64,000 nucleotides of DNA from Candidatus Sulfomarinibacteraceae bacterium. Lineage in GTDB: Bacteria > Acidobacteriota > Thermoanaerobaculia > Thermoanaerobaculales > Sulfomarinibacteraceae. Where the stretch lies: positions 128,001 to 192,000 of the forward strand of contig CAWCLO010000001.1 in NCBI GenBank assembly GCA_963796455.1. The letters run 5' to 3'. Position numbers and translations under genes: made by a program. A model generated the notes under the pieces. The model was not told the DNA's origin. It made no database searches and saw only the letters and a list, made by a program, of their open reading frames with translations. Shown here piece after piece: positions 49,476 to 59,492 of the stretch; positions within the stretch are counted from its first letter, which is position 1; each line of letters begins with the position of its first letter.

Positions 49476-51569
49476 TTGCGCAAATTGTTTTTCCGATCCA
49501 CTTTTCCGATCGCCGTTTTTTCTCTCACACTGGGGATATTGAGCCCAGTGCCCGTCGAAGGCCAGGAACCCGATTACCACGACTTCGCATCAGTGGCCGC
49601 ACAGCTGGAGACATGGGCCGATCAGAATCCGGATATTCTCCAGGTAGAAATAATCGGCAAGTCGGCCGCAGGAGCGCCACTGCTGGTGGCGCGGGTGGCT
49701 TCTGCCGGCGCGGTCGATCCGAACAAAAGAACCGCGATCTTCGTCGGCGCCAACATCGCCGGCTTTCACAATGCGGGGACCGAAGCAACCCTGGACCTGT
49801 TGGAAACACTTCTGAACGGCGAAGCTGCCGGGCTTCTCGAAAAACACACGTTCTATATTGCGCCGGTACTCAACCCGGATGCCCACGACGCCATGTTCCG
49901 TTCACCGAAACAACGGCTGGCGGGCAATGGAGCCACCTGGTCTCCGGCGGGATGGAAGAACTCCTACGGGCTCGACCGCGATCTCGACGGTTTTGATAAT
50001 GAGGACGGGCCGAACGACCTCAACGGCGACGGGCTGATCACCATGATGCGGATCCCCGATCCGGCGGGACGGATGCTCCCTGACCCGGATGACCTCCGGG
50101 TCCTCATCTCAGCCGACCCGCTCGAGGGTCAGGTCGGGCTCTATCGGGTCGTGACCGAAGGCTCGGACGACGATGGTGACGGCTCGTTCAACGAGGACGG
50201 ACCGGGCGCCCTGGCCCCCGACCGGAACTTTGCCCACGGCTTTGAGTACGATCAGCCTGAAGGCGGGCCATGGGCGAGCTTTGTGCCCGAGACCCAGGCG
50301 ATCATGGACTTCCTCCTCGAACGTAGGAACATCGCGGTGGCAGTGGTCTACGGTCCGGCCAACAATCTTCTGGCCGCTCCCCGCGGCTTTGGCGGCGGCG
50401 GTGATACCGGCTCGCTCAAGATCAAGGTGCCCGAGAGGTTTGCCGGAGCGCTGGGTCTCGACGCGGACCAGGAGTACACCGCTGACGAGATCTGGGAGCA
50501 GGCCAAGGACCATCCGATGGTGGTTCAGAACAACATCGGAAAGGAACAACTGATTCAATTCATGGGCGCCGGGCCCGCCACCAAAATGAACGACAACGAC
50601 CTCGGTTATCTGACCAAACTTGCCGATGCCTACAAGGAGCGGCTCGAAGAGGCCGGTCTCGACGCCAAACGTGCCGGCGAGCAATACGGACGTGGCGGAT
50701 TCACGCCGTGGTTGTACTACCAATACGGCGTGATGGCAGTCGAGCTGGATGTCTGGGGCGTGCCCAAGGCGCCAAAGGAAGAAACGGCCGAAGGCGAAGA
50801 GCCTCTCACGCTCGACAGTCTGGCCGATATGAGCGTCGAAGATTTCATGGCGCTCGGTGAGGAAAAGGTCGCGGCATTTCTGACCGAAATCGGCGCGCCT
50901 CCGCAGTTCACGGCCGCGGCGTTGATCGGCCGCGTCGAATCGGGTCAGGTGACTCCAAAAAAGATCGCCGAGATGGCGAAACAGATGGGGGCAGGTGACG
51001 CGGAAAAGAAGGGCGAGGACGGAGGCCCCAACGACCTGATGGTCTTCATTGACGAACACGCGCCGGACGCCTTTGTGGAATGGACCAAAGTGACCCTGCC
51101 CGACGGTTCCGAGGCGGAGGTCGGCGGCATCGATCCATTCATCGAAATCGCACCGCCCTATGCTCTGCTGCAGCCCGCGCTGAAGGTGCACACCCAAACC
51201 GTGCTGGAAGTGGCCAAGGGGCTCGCTCAGCTCGAGATCGTCCAACTCGAGTCTACGGAACTCGGTGCCGGTGTTTACCGCATCGAGGCGGTGGCCGCCA
51301 ACCGCGGGTTCTATCCGACCCACACCAAGATGGCACAACGGGCGCGAAGCCACCTGCCGGTGCGGCTCGAAATCACCCTTCCGGATGACGTTGATCTCGT
51401 GACCGGTCACCGTTGGGTCACCGAGGAGCGGCTCGATGGAGAAGGCGGGACCATGACGGCAGAGTGGATGGTCCGTGTCCAGGGCTCGTCGACCGAGATC
51501 ATCGTCGATGCGATCTCTGACAACGCGGGTCACGATCGGAGGACCCTGGTACTTGGGGGGAGGAAATGA
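49476..51569 (+). CDS. M14 carboxypeptidase-like protein with degenerate zinc ligands, secreted
   Basis: IGKS, PVLNPD, DRNF, PETQAI and DxDxDG loops. ANIAGFH replaces HxxE. TTG start with SD GGAGG. Confidence 0.8.
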   Translation: MRKLFFRSTFPIAVFSLTLGILSPVPVEGQEPDYHDFASVAAQLETWADQNPDILQVEIIGKSAAGAPLLVARVASAGAVDPNKRTAIFVGANIAGFHNAGTEATLDLLETLLNGEAAGLLEKHTFYIAPVLNPDAHDAMFRSPKQRLAGNGATWSPAGWKNSYGLDRDLDGFDNEDGPNDLNGDGLITMMRIPDPAGRMLPDPDDLRVLISADPLEGQVGLYRVVTEGSDDDGDGSFNEDGPGALAPDRNFAHGFEYDQPEGGPWASFVPETQAIMDFLLERRNIAVAVVYGPANNLLAAPRGFGGGGDTGSLKIKVPERFAGALGLDADQEYTADEIWEQAKDHPMVVQNNIGKEQLIQFMGAGPATKMNDNDLGYLTKLADAYKERLEEAGLDAKRAGEQYGRGGFTPWLYYQYGVMAVELDVWGVPKAPKEETAEGEEPLTLDSLADMSVEDFMALGEEKVAAFLTEIGAPPQFTAAALIGRVESGQVTPKKIAEMAKQMGAGDAEKKGEDGGPNDLMVFIDEHAPDAFVEWTKVTLPDGSEAEVGGIDPFIEIAPPYALLQPALKVHTQTVLEVAKGLAQLEIVQLESTELGAGVYRIEAVAANRGFYPTHTKMAQRARSHLPVRLEITLPDDVDLVTGHRWVTEERLDGEGGTMTAEWMVRVQGSSTEIIVDAISDNAGHDRRTLVLGGRK

Positions 51570-53320
51570 CCATGGCTTTCACGACGACTCACGGTGTTTC
51601 CTGCCGCTCGTTTGTCTGTTTCCTCCTGATCGCGATCTGGGCCTTCGCCCCTTCCGCGATGGCGGTCGAACCGTTGCAGGCCAAGGTTCCACCGCCGGAC
51701 CCACAGTTCAATCGCCTCTATCCAAATGACGAAATCGTCGACTTTCTGAGCGGCTACGCAGCTTCCTATCCGGACTGGGTACGACTGGAAAGCATCGGTG
51801 AAGCCGGCGAGGGCGGCGAGATGTGGTTGGTGACGATCAACAACCCTGCCACCGGCAGCGAGCTCGACAAACCTGCCATGTATGTCGACGGCGCGACCCA
51901 CGCCAACGAGGTCCAGGGCACCGAAACGGTGCTCTATCTCATCGACTACATGCTCCGGAACTACGGCCGACTCGAACCGGTGACCGAAATCCTCGACCGC
52001 GCCGTCTTCTACTGCGTGCCGATGGTCAATCCCGACAGCCGGGCCAAGTGGTTCACCGAACCGTCAACCGCCAGCTATCCGCGTACAGTACCGATTCATA
52101 TCGACGACGACCGTGACGGCCGTGTCGACGAGGATGGCTACGACGATCTGAACGGCGACGGCGAGATCACCCAGATGCGGAAACGCGTGCCGCTCGGCGA
52201 AGGCGGCTACCGTCTTCATCCGAAGGACCCGAGACGACTGGTCGCCGTCGAGGAGGATGAACTCGGCGATTACATCCAGCTCGGCAACGAGGGTTTCGAC
52301 AACGATGGTGATGGACGCGTGAACGAGGACACCGTGGGCTATGTCGATCCCAATCGCACCTGGGGCTATGGCTGGCAGCCGCGCTACGTGCAAGGTGGGA
52401 CTACTCAATATCCACTCCAGATTCCCGAAACACGAAGCATCGCCCTGTGGGCCCTCGACCATCCGAACATCATCGCCTCGCAGAGCTTTCACAACACCGG
52501 GCGAATGATTTTGCGCGGCCCCGGCGCCAAGACCATGCGGCGCTACGAGGCCGCCGACCGGCGGGTCTTCGATCGAATCGGCGAAGAGGGCGAGAAGATC
52601 CTGCCCGGATACAACTACTACATTCTGTGGAAAGATCTCTACACGGCCTATGGCGGAACCGTCGACCATTTCTACGGAATCCACGGAGCGTTTTCGTTCA
52701 CCAACGAGCTCTTCGGCCCAGAACAGGATTTTGACGGCGACGGTTCGGTGAGCGACGAGGAGCGTTTCAAATTTGCCGACAGATTGACCCAGGGGCGGAT
52801 GCTCGTCGACTGGGAAGAGATCGACCACCCGCAGTACGGCACGATCGAGGTCGGCGGTTACCGTCACGACACCCGGCGCGTGCCCGAGGGTTGGATGCTC
52901 GAGGAGGATTGCCACCGCAACGCCTCCTTTGTCCTCTACCACGCATGGCAGATGCCGCGATTGAGTTTCGGCGAGCCGACAGTCGAGAACCTCGGTGGCA
53001 ACCTGTGGCGGCTCCACGTTCCGGTGCTCAACGATCGCGCGATCCCCTCCATGGCCGCGGTCGCGACCCGGCTCAAGATCCACCGGCCGGACATCGCATC
53101 CATCGAGGGGGCCACGGTGATCAGCAGCGGCATTGTCCAGAACGCCTACCTCGACAAGGTCGACGTTCAGAAGGACCGTCCTGAACGCCTGCTCGTCAGC
53201 GGCGTCCCGGGTCTCTCCACCGAAACGCTGTTCTTCCTCGTCGAGGGCAAGGGTGAGGTGACCGTGACCTACGACAGCCTCAAGGCGGGCACGATCCGGA
53301 GGACCATCTCGTTGCGTTAG
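51566..53320 (+). CDS. M14 family zinc carboxypeptidase, secreted
   Basis: HANE, PMVNPD, DPNRTW, SFHN and FTNEL; ATGA overlap with the upstream gene. Confidence 0.9.
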   Translation: MTMAFTTTHGVSCRSFVCFLLIAIWAFAPSAMAVEPLQAKVPPPDPQFNRLYPNDEIVDFLSGYAASYPDWVRLESIGEAGEGGEMWLVTINNPATGSELDKPAMYVDGATHANEVQGTETVLYLIDYMLRNYGRLEPVTEILDRAVFYCVPMVNPDSRAKWFTEPSTASYPRTVPIHIDDDRDGRVDEDGYDDLNGDGEITQMRKRVPLGEGGYRLHPKDPRRLVAVEEDELGDYIQLGNEGFDNDGDGRVNEDTVGYVDPNRTWGYGWQPRYVQGGTTQYPLQIPETRSIALWALDHPNIIASQSFHNTGRMILRGPGAKTMRRYEAADRRVFDRIGEEGEKILPGYNYYILWKDLYTAYGGTVDHFYGIHGAFSFTNELFGPEQDFDGDGSVSDEERFKFADRLTQGRMLVDWEEIDHPQYGTIEVGGYRHDTRRVPEGWMLEEDCHRNASFVLYHAWQMPRLSFGEPTVENLGGNLWRLHVPVLNDRAIPSMAAVATRLKIHRPDIASIEGATVISSGIVQNAYLDKVDVQKDRPERLLVSGVPGLSTETLFFLVEGKGEVTVTYDSLKAGTIRRTISLR

Positions 53321-53368
53321 CTGCGTCACGGCACAACATCCGCTTCGCGGATATGTCGGTACCCTAAG

Positions 53369-53393
53369 CGGGCGGGACTGGTCCCGCCCGTTT
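53369..53393 (+). terminator. GC hairpin after the M14 pair (terminator or REP-like)
   Basis: CGGGCGGGA-CTGG-TCCCGCCCG followed by TTT. Confidence 0.4.
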
Positions 53394-53430
53394 ATGATGA
53401 GCGGGTTCGCGTGACCAAGCGGAGGTGAGG

Positions 53431-54513
53431 ATGTCGGATCGAATGCTGCAGCAGTTCATGGACATGGTGCGGATCGACTCGGAATCGGGCAACGAGGCCA
53501 GATTTATGGATTATCTGCTGGGCGAGGTGCGAGCCATCGGCGGCAACGCCGCGCTCGATGACTACGGCAATCTCGTCGCGGTATTCAAAGCGAAGGACTG
53601 CGATGGTGTCGACCCGATCCTGCTGTCGTGCCACGGCGACACGGTCAAACCGGGCATCGGTATCGAACCGGTCCTCCGGGACGGTGTCATCCGCTCCGCG
53701 GGCGACACGATCCTCGGCGCCGATGACAAGGCCGGAATCGCTGAAGTTCTCGAGGCGCTTCGGGTGGCGCCGGTCCGCCCGCCGATCGAGTTTGCCGTGA
53801 GCCGCCAGGAAGAGATCGGACTCCTGGGAGTGAAGGAACTGGACTTCAGTCGACTCAGTGCCCGCCGCGGCTTTCTGATGGACAACGACACCCTCGACAC
53901 CATCATCATCGGCGGTCCGACCTACTTCGCCATCGACGTCGCGGTGACCGGTCGCTCGGCCCACGCCGGGATGGAACCGGAGAAGGGCATCAACGCCATC
54001 CTGGCGGCAGCGAAGGGCATCACTGCGCTGCGACTCGGCAGGATCGATCATGAGACCACCTCCAATGTTGGTGTCATCAACGGTGGGATCATCCGCAACG
54101 GCGTCCCCGATGCCTGCTCCTTCCTCGCCGAGTGCCGCTCGGCCGACCACGACAAGGCGGTCGCCCTTTGCGAAGAAATCACCTCAATTCTGCGAAGAGA
54201 GATCGAGGCGGCCGGTGCCGCTGTCGAAATCGAGGTCGACGAAAAGTGCCGGGCGGTGGAGATCCCCGAAGAGGCGTGGTCGGTCCAGATTGCAAAGCGG
54301 GCCCTGGCAACCGTCGGCATCGACGCCGAAGCGGTCTTCATGACCGGTTTCACCGATGCCTCCATCTACAACAACCGCGGCATTGAAATGGCGGTGGTCG
54401 GCATCGGCGCCCAGAACGAGCACTCGACCGAAGAATGCATCGAGGTCGCCGACATGGAGAAGGCGGTCAAGATGCTGGTCGAGATTTTCCGACTGGTGGC
54501 GACCGGGGACTGA
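53431..54513 (+). CDS. M20 family peptidase (peptidase T-like)
   Basis: HGDTV, GADDKAG, EEIG, MD, HAG and NEHS motifs; SD GGAGGTG. Confidence 0.9.
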   Translation: MSDRMLQQFMDMVRIDSESGNEARFMDYLLGEVRAIGGNAALDDYGNLVAVFKAKDCDGVDPILLSCHGDTVKPGIGIEPVLRDGVIRSAGDTILGADDKAGIAEVLEALRVAPVRPPIEFAVSRQEEIGLLGVKELDFSRLSARRGFLMDNDTLDTIIIGGPTYFAIDVAVTGRSAHAGMEPEKGINAILAAAKGITALRLGRIDHETTSNVGVINGGIIRNGVPDACSFLAECRSADHDKAVALCEEITSILRREIEAAGAAVEIEVDEKCRAVEIPEEAWSVQIAKRALATVGIDAEAVFMTGFTDASIYNNRGIEMAVVGIGAQNEHSTEECIEVADMEKAVKMLVEIFRLVATGD

Positions 54514-54537
54514 TCGAAGGCGTTCATCGCGTCACGG

Positions 54538-54733
54538 GCGGCTGTCCCTGTTCGCTGATGCCTGTCGCTGACGCTGGACACTGTCGCTGCCAACTGTCGC
54601 TGCCGCTGTAATTCGGACGCGGACGCGGACTCGGGCACGGGGCAACCGCAAACCGGGAGTGCCAAAAACCGACCCGTTAACCTCGTGTGGTTCAGTGGGA
54701 AACTTCACGAGACGTGTGTTTTTGGACAGCTAT
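54538..54733 (-). repeat. Copy F of the CAGCG/CGCTG element (one arm plus left module)
   Basis: Reverse complement of copy A 330-475; CTGTCCCTGTTCGCTGxTGCCTGTCGCTGACGCTG shared with copy D. Confidence 0.85.
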
Positions 54734-54761
54734 GCCCGGTTTGCGGTGTGCTGGCCGTCAA

Positions 54762-55499
54762 CTAGAACCTGAAACCGGCACCAAAGCTGAACATCAAAGG
54801 ATCGAATGAAATCGAGGTGCCCCTCGAGTCGGGGTCATCTTTGAAGTTGTAGGTGGCGTCCATGTAGGTCAGGCTGCACCCAAGCGACCATGTCTTTTTC
54901 TTACCAAGGAATATGTCGAGCCCGGCCTTGGCCCCCCAGGTGACCTCTGAATCGCTTTGCCATTGAACCGTCACCCATTCATCGTGTTTTTCGTGCCAAT
55001 CGCCGTGAAAGCCTGAGCGAGTCGACACGTTGGAGTAGCGGTTGAATGCCAGCATCGGCCCGGCATAGACATCCACCGGTCCCTCATTGACGAAATGGAA
55101 ATTGACCCCAAGCGCTATTGAACCTGTCGTCAGAAAATCGGATTCCGAGTACACGTGATGCTTGAGGCCAGCCCCGGTCGAGAGGTTCAGATCCGAGGCC
55201 ATGCCGATGAGATTGAATTCGACACCGACGAGTGGGCTGATTCTGCGTTCGAGGCTGACGAAGCCTCCCCCACCGCCGCTGAGGCTGACGCTGGTCCCTC
55301 CGGGGCTGGTCGCCACCGAGGTGTCTCCCACGGTGTCCGCCACCAGGAAACCGAAACGAAGAACCCAGTCGCGGCTCCGTTGCGCCTGCGGGGTCGTCGG
55401 CTCCTCGGCCGGTGGGGCGTCCTGAGCGCCCACTCCGGGAGCTACCATCACGATTGCGAAAAGCACGGAAAGCACGATGCACGTATCAGTCTTTTTCAT
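54762..55499 (-). CDS. OmpW-like outer-membrane beta-barrel protein
   Basis: Signal peptide, VNFHF, VYAG, FDPLMFSFGAGFRF with terminal Phe. Confidence 0.8.
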   Translation of the reverse strand: MKKTDTCIVLSVLFAIVMVAPGVGAQDAPPAEEPTTPQAQRSRDWVLRFGFLVADTVGDTSVATSPGGTSVSLSGGGGGFVSLERRISPLVGVEFNLIGMASDLNLSTGAGLKHHVYSESDFLTTGSIALGVNFHFVNEGPVDVYAGPMLAFNRYSNVSTRSGFHGDWHEKHDEWVTVQWQSDSEVTWGAKAGLDIFLGKKKTWSLGCSLTYMDATYNFKDDPDSRGTSISFDPLMFSFGAGFRF

Positions 55500-55671
55500 C
55501 TATTCCTCCTGTTCAATCCGGCCCGTCGGTCCTGGGCCCGTCTGCAATTCAGATTGTCGGTCCCAGGGGATCGGCGCGCTTGAGGGAGTTGTGAGGATTG
55601 GCTGAGGTTTGAAGATAAAACGGACGATGGCGGGCGGGTTTGGCGCCAGGCACCTCGTGTTAGGATGCGCC

Positions 55672-57024
55672 ATGCCCACTTCAAAAGCCGGTTATGTCTC
55701 CCTCGCCTGCTCGATTCTGGTTTTTCTGGCTGTGGGAGCCGGCGCTGCGGAAACTCTGATAATCGTCGGTTCGACGGTCATCGATGTGAGTGATTATGGT
55801 GCCGGCGAATCCGACATCATCGACTCGGTGGTGGTGATCGAAGACGGGGTCATCACATTCGTCGGATCACGATCCGATGTGAAAATCCCGGCAACCGCTC
55901 GTGTGCTCGAGGCCAAAGGCAAATTCATGATCCCCGGTTTGACTGACGGCTTTGCCGCCCTCAACAACCAGTCCTACGCCGATGCCTATCTCGAGAGTGG
56001 GGTGACCTCGATCATCGCCGTCTCGGGTGGCCGGCGTGGCCCCTTGGCAACGGACCTGCACCCCGGACCGCGCGTCAGCCGATTGGGTTCGGTCGGCAAC
56101 GAAGCGGGAACGCTCGACCAGCATCTCGCCGCGCTCGAGGACCTGGCGGCCAACGGTGTCGACGTGGCCCTGTTGATGTATGAACTCAATCCCGAACAGC
56201 TCAAAACGTTGATTCGGCGGGCAGACCACTTGGGGATGGCGACCATCGGCGAACTCGGTCGCACGACCTACGCGGAGGGCATTTCCGCAGGCCTGGATGC
56301 AGTGGTCCATACCACCCGCTACTCACTCGACCTCGCTCCGACCAGCATGGCCGGAGCGGTCGCGGACCAACCCTTCAGCAATGACCTCGAGAGCGCCAAA
56401 TGGGTCTACTACCTCTGGTTGAGCGAGCTGTCTCCACATGACCCCCGTCTGGAGGAACACGCCAGGACCCTCGCCGCCGGCACCACGGCCCTGATCCCGA
56501 CCTTCAGTCTGCTCCACCTCGACCGGCCGTGGGCGACAAATCCCTGGATGGACCCGGTCGCCCGCCTCCTGGACCCGAGCGACATCAATGCTCCGGCGGA
56601 CCGTGACAGCGGTCGCCACACCTACGACGCCGCCCACCAGGTGGCCTATACAGCGATTGCTCGCGCTCAATTTCTGCTTGAAGAGGCTTACCACCTCGCC
56701 GGTGCCCGCTACCTGGCCGGGAGCGCCACTGATGTCTGGGGAACCATGCCCGGGATCTCCCTCCATACGGAGCTCGACAGCCTCGTTCGCCTCGGTCTGA
56801 CACCCCGCCAGGCCCTTGCCGCCGCCACCTCCAACTTCGCTGCGGTCTTTCCGAACTGGGGCCGACGCGGAGAAATCAAGGTCGGTTGGCAAGCCGATCT
56901 GCTGGTGCTCGCAGCGGACCCGCGCGAGGACATTCGAAATCTCCGCAGCATCGAGACGGTGGTGCTCGGAGGGCAGGTCCTACCGAAATCGGCCGCGGCC
57001 GACCTCGAAATCAACGGAGAATGA
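55672..57024 (+). CDS. Amidohydrolase-fold protein, secreted, with degenerate HxH motif
   Basis: GKFMIPGLTD(GFA), PGISLHTEL, ALAAAT and G.I..G..ADL.VL..DP signatures. Confidence 0.8.
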   Translation: MPTSKAGYVSLACSILVFLAVGAGAAETLIIVGSTVIDVSDYGAGESDIIDSVVVIEDGVITFVGSRSDVKIPATARVLEAKGKFMIPGLTDGFAALNNQSYADAYLESGVTSIIAVSGGRRGPLATDLHPGPRVSRLGSVGNEAGTLDQHLAALEDLAANGVDVALLMYELNPEQLKTLIRRADHLGMATIGELGRTTYAEGISAGLDAVVHTTRYSLDLAPTSMAGAVADQPFSNDLESAKWVYYLWLSELSPHDPRLEEHARTLAAGTTALIPTFSLLHLDRPWATNPWMDPVARLLDPSDINAPADRDSGRHTYDAAHQVAYTAIARAQFLLEEAYHLAGARYLAGSATDVWGTMPGISLHTELDSLVRLGLTPRQALAAATSNFAAVFPNWGRRGEIKVGWQADLLVLAADPREDIRNLRSIETVVLGGQVLPKSAAADLEINGE

Positions 57025-57025
57025 C

Positions 57026-58186
57026 ATGTGTGACATCGATCGAAGAGACTTCATCAAGATTGGTTCCGCCGGTGCCGCCGGTCTCGGCCTCATGGGAACA
57101 GCGGTCTCCTCCGAAGCCGGAGTGCTCAGATCCGATCGGCCGATCTTTTTTACCGGTGACGGCCTCAACCTGTCGCCACAGGAGTACGCCGCCGTCCTGG
57201 CTGAAATCACCAGCGATGGCAAGCTCGAGCAGGACTATTACTCCAACGGCGGCGTGGTCGAAGAATTCGAAAAACGAATGGCTGAGACCCTCGGTAAGGA
57301 AAGAGCGGTTTTTCTGCCCACCGGTACGCTTGCCAACCACCTCGCTATCCGGACCCTGTGCGAAAGCCGCGGTGGCCGCAGGGTCCTGACTCAGGCGGAG
57401 AGTCACATCGGCAACGACGCCGGCGATGACTGCGCGGCGCTCGCGGGCCTACGCGTGGTCGGCCTGGCTCCCGGCGAAGTGGGCTTCACCCTCGATCAGG
57501 TGCAAGCCGAGTACAACCGAGCGGAGGCAGGACGCGTCAAAACGGGAATCGGCGCCATCGCCATCGAGTCCCCGGTCCGCCGCAAGCTTGGCGGAGTCTT
57601 CGATTTTGACGAGATGGTCCGAATCAGCGAGTGGGCGAAATCGAACGGCACAGGTCTTCATCTTGACGGCGCCCGCCTCTTCATCGCCGCCGCATACACC
57701 GGTATCTCCGTCGAGCGCTGGGCAGGACTTTTCGACACTGTTTTTGTTTCCGCCTGGAAGTACTTCAATGCCGGGTCGGGCGCTATCCTCGCCGGGCCGT
57801 CCGATCTGCTGGACGGCCTCTTCCACACACGGCGCATGTACGGTGGCGCCCTGGTGCGGGGGTGGGTCTATGCCGCGGTCGCCCTCCACTATCTCGACGG
57901 TTTCGAGGACCGATACCGACGCGGTGTGGCGGTAAGTAAAGATCTCTTCGGCCGCCTGGACAAGCACCGGGCATTCTCCATTCGCCCCATACCCAACGGG
58001 TCCAACATCTTCATTCTCGAAATTCAGGGCTCGGACCCGGCAGAATTCCGCGACCGCCTGGCCACGTCCGGGATTTCCATGCGCGAGCCGCGCCCCGACG
58101 GATCGATCGTGATTCAGGTCAACGAGACCTGGTCCGCCGCCAGCGGCGAAGAACTCAGCCGGAAAATGCTGGCCGCGTTGGGTTGA
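57026..58186 (+). CDS. Low-specificity threonine aldolase family PLP enzyme with Tat signal
   Basis: DRRDFIK twin-arginine motif, LPTGTLAN, HLDGARLF and SAWKY. Confidence 0.85.
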   Translation: MCDIDRRDFIKIGSAGAAGLGLMGTAVSSEAGVLRSDRPIFFTGDGLNLSPQEYAAVLAEITSDGKLEQDYYSNGGVVEEFEKRMAETLGKERAVFLPTGTLANHLAIRTLCESRGGRRVLTQAESHIGNDAGDDCAALAGLRVVGLAPGEVGFTLDQVQAEYNRAEAGRVKTGIGAIAIESPVRRKLGGVFDFDEMVRISEWAKSNGTGLHLDGARLFIAAAYTGISVERWAGLFDTVFVSAWKYFNAGSGAILAGPSDLLDGLFHTRRMYGGALVRGWVYAAVALHYLDGFEDRYRRGVAVSKDLFGRLDKHRAFSIRPIPNGSNIFILEIQGSDPAEFRDRLATSGISMREPRPDGSIVIQVNETWSAASGEELSRKMLAALG

Positions 58187-58223
58187 GATCCCTCGAAGGC
58201 TTCGACTCGCGTATCGTGGACTC

Positions 58224-59333
58224 ATGAAACAGGCTCAAAAAACCGCCGCTCTGATTTCCGCAGTCATCATTCTGGGGTGTGCCGTCGCATCCGCCCAACT
58301 CGTTCAACCTTCTGCGGAAAAACTCGCCGAGTTGGATTCCTGGATCGAAGCTCACCTGGAGGAAAAGATCATCCCAGGTGCGTTGGTCGCGGTGGCCTCG
58401 AAGGGCCGGATCGTTCACCTCAAAGGATATGGCCTGGCCAATGTCGAACTGAACGTCCCTGTCTCAGACATGACGGTCTTCGAGATCGGTTCCATCAGCA
58501 AGCAGTTCGTGTCCGCCGCCGCCCTGCTGCTCGTTGAGGAGGAAAGACTCGATCTCGACGACTCCATCCACAAATTTCTGTCGGTCCTCCCGGGTGAGTG
58601 GCACGGCGTCACGGTCCGGCAGCTCATGAACCATACCTCCGGCATCCCGGATTACGAGGAGATCGCTTCCTACGACATCTACCGGTTTCGCCTGACTCCC
58701 GCCGAGGTCATTCGAATCGCCCAATCCCGCCCCATGGACTTCGTACCGGGAACCGGGTGGCACTACAGCAATACCGGTTATTACCTATTGAGCATGATCG
58801 TCGAAAACCTCGAGGGACAGTCCCTCGGGCAGGTGCTTCAAAGGCGCATCTTCGGTCCCCTGGAGATGACTCAGACGAGGATGGCGGACCCGGAAGCCAT
58901 CATCCCCCACCGGGCGGCCGGCTATTGGGTCGACAAAACCGGGAAGCTCATCAACCGGAACCCTACCGAAACCTCATCGACCCTCGGCGCAGGCGGGATC
59001 GCGTCGACCGCCACGGACCTCGCGAAATGGGACGAGGCCCTCTATGGAGAAGAGCTCCTGAGCGCACAATCAAAAGAGATGATGTGGACGGCGACGATCC
59101 TGCCGAATGGGGAAAACACCGGTTACGGTTTCGGGTGGGGTCTCGAACCCTACAAGGACCTGACCCGGATCGGCCACTCCGGCATGGTCGCAGGGTTTGT
59201 GGCGATGTACTCCCGATTCCCCGACCAGGAAATGTCCGTCATGGTGTTCATGAATCGTTATAAGGTGCCCAGCTTTCAGATCCAGCGGGCTGTGCTCCAC
59301 ACGTTCATGCCGAGCCTCGGGCCGATTCCATAA
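58224..59333 (+). CDS. Serine hydrolase, beta-lactamase class C/AmpC-like family, secreted
   Basis: SISK, LMNHTSG, YSN and HSG motifs; signal peptide. Confidence 0.9.
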   Translation: MKQAQKTAALISAVIILGCAVASAQLVQPSAEKLAELDSWIEAHLEEKIIPGALVAVASKGRIVHLKGYGLANVELNVPVSDMTVFEIGSISKQFVSAAALLLVEEERLDLDDSIHKFLSVLPGEWHGVTVRQLMNHTSGIPDYEEIASYDIYRFRLTPAEVIRIAQSRPMDFVPGTGWHYSNTGYYLLSMIVENLEGQSLGQVLQRRIFGPLEMTQTRMADPEAIIPHRAAGYWVDKTGKLINRNPTETSSTLGAGGIASTATDLAKWDEALYGEELLSAQSKEMMWTATILPNGENTGYGFGWGLEPYKDLTRIGHSGMVAGFVAMYSRFPDQEMSVMVFMNRYKVPSFQIQRAVLHTFMPSLGPIP

Positions 59334-59492
59334 CTTCACGTCCGAATCACAACTGCGGCTGCAGTCGCCAACGGAATTGCGGAGATCAACTCCGCCCTGA
59401 AGGATTCTCGTCATCGGGGCGGTGTTTATCCCTGGCCCCAGAAGCGTGAAAATTCCAAGCGGATCCATTTATAATGAGATTCGGAATCAATC

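Noticed and set aside
25485..54733. CRISPR array
   Set aside because: The repeats are dispersed, degenerate and not regularly spaced; there are no cas genes.
59340..59400. Possible eighth copy of the CAGCG element
   Set aside because: Similarity is limited to a few bases (GTCCGAAT) and cannot be supported by eye.
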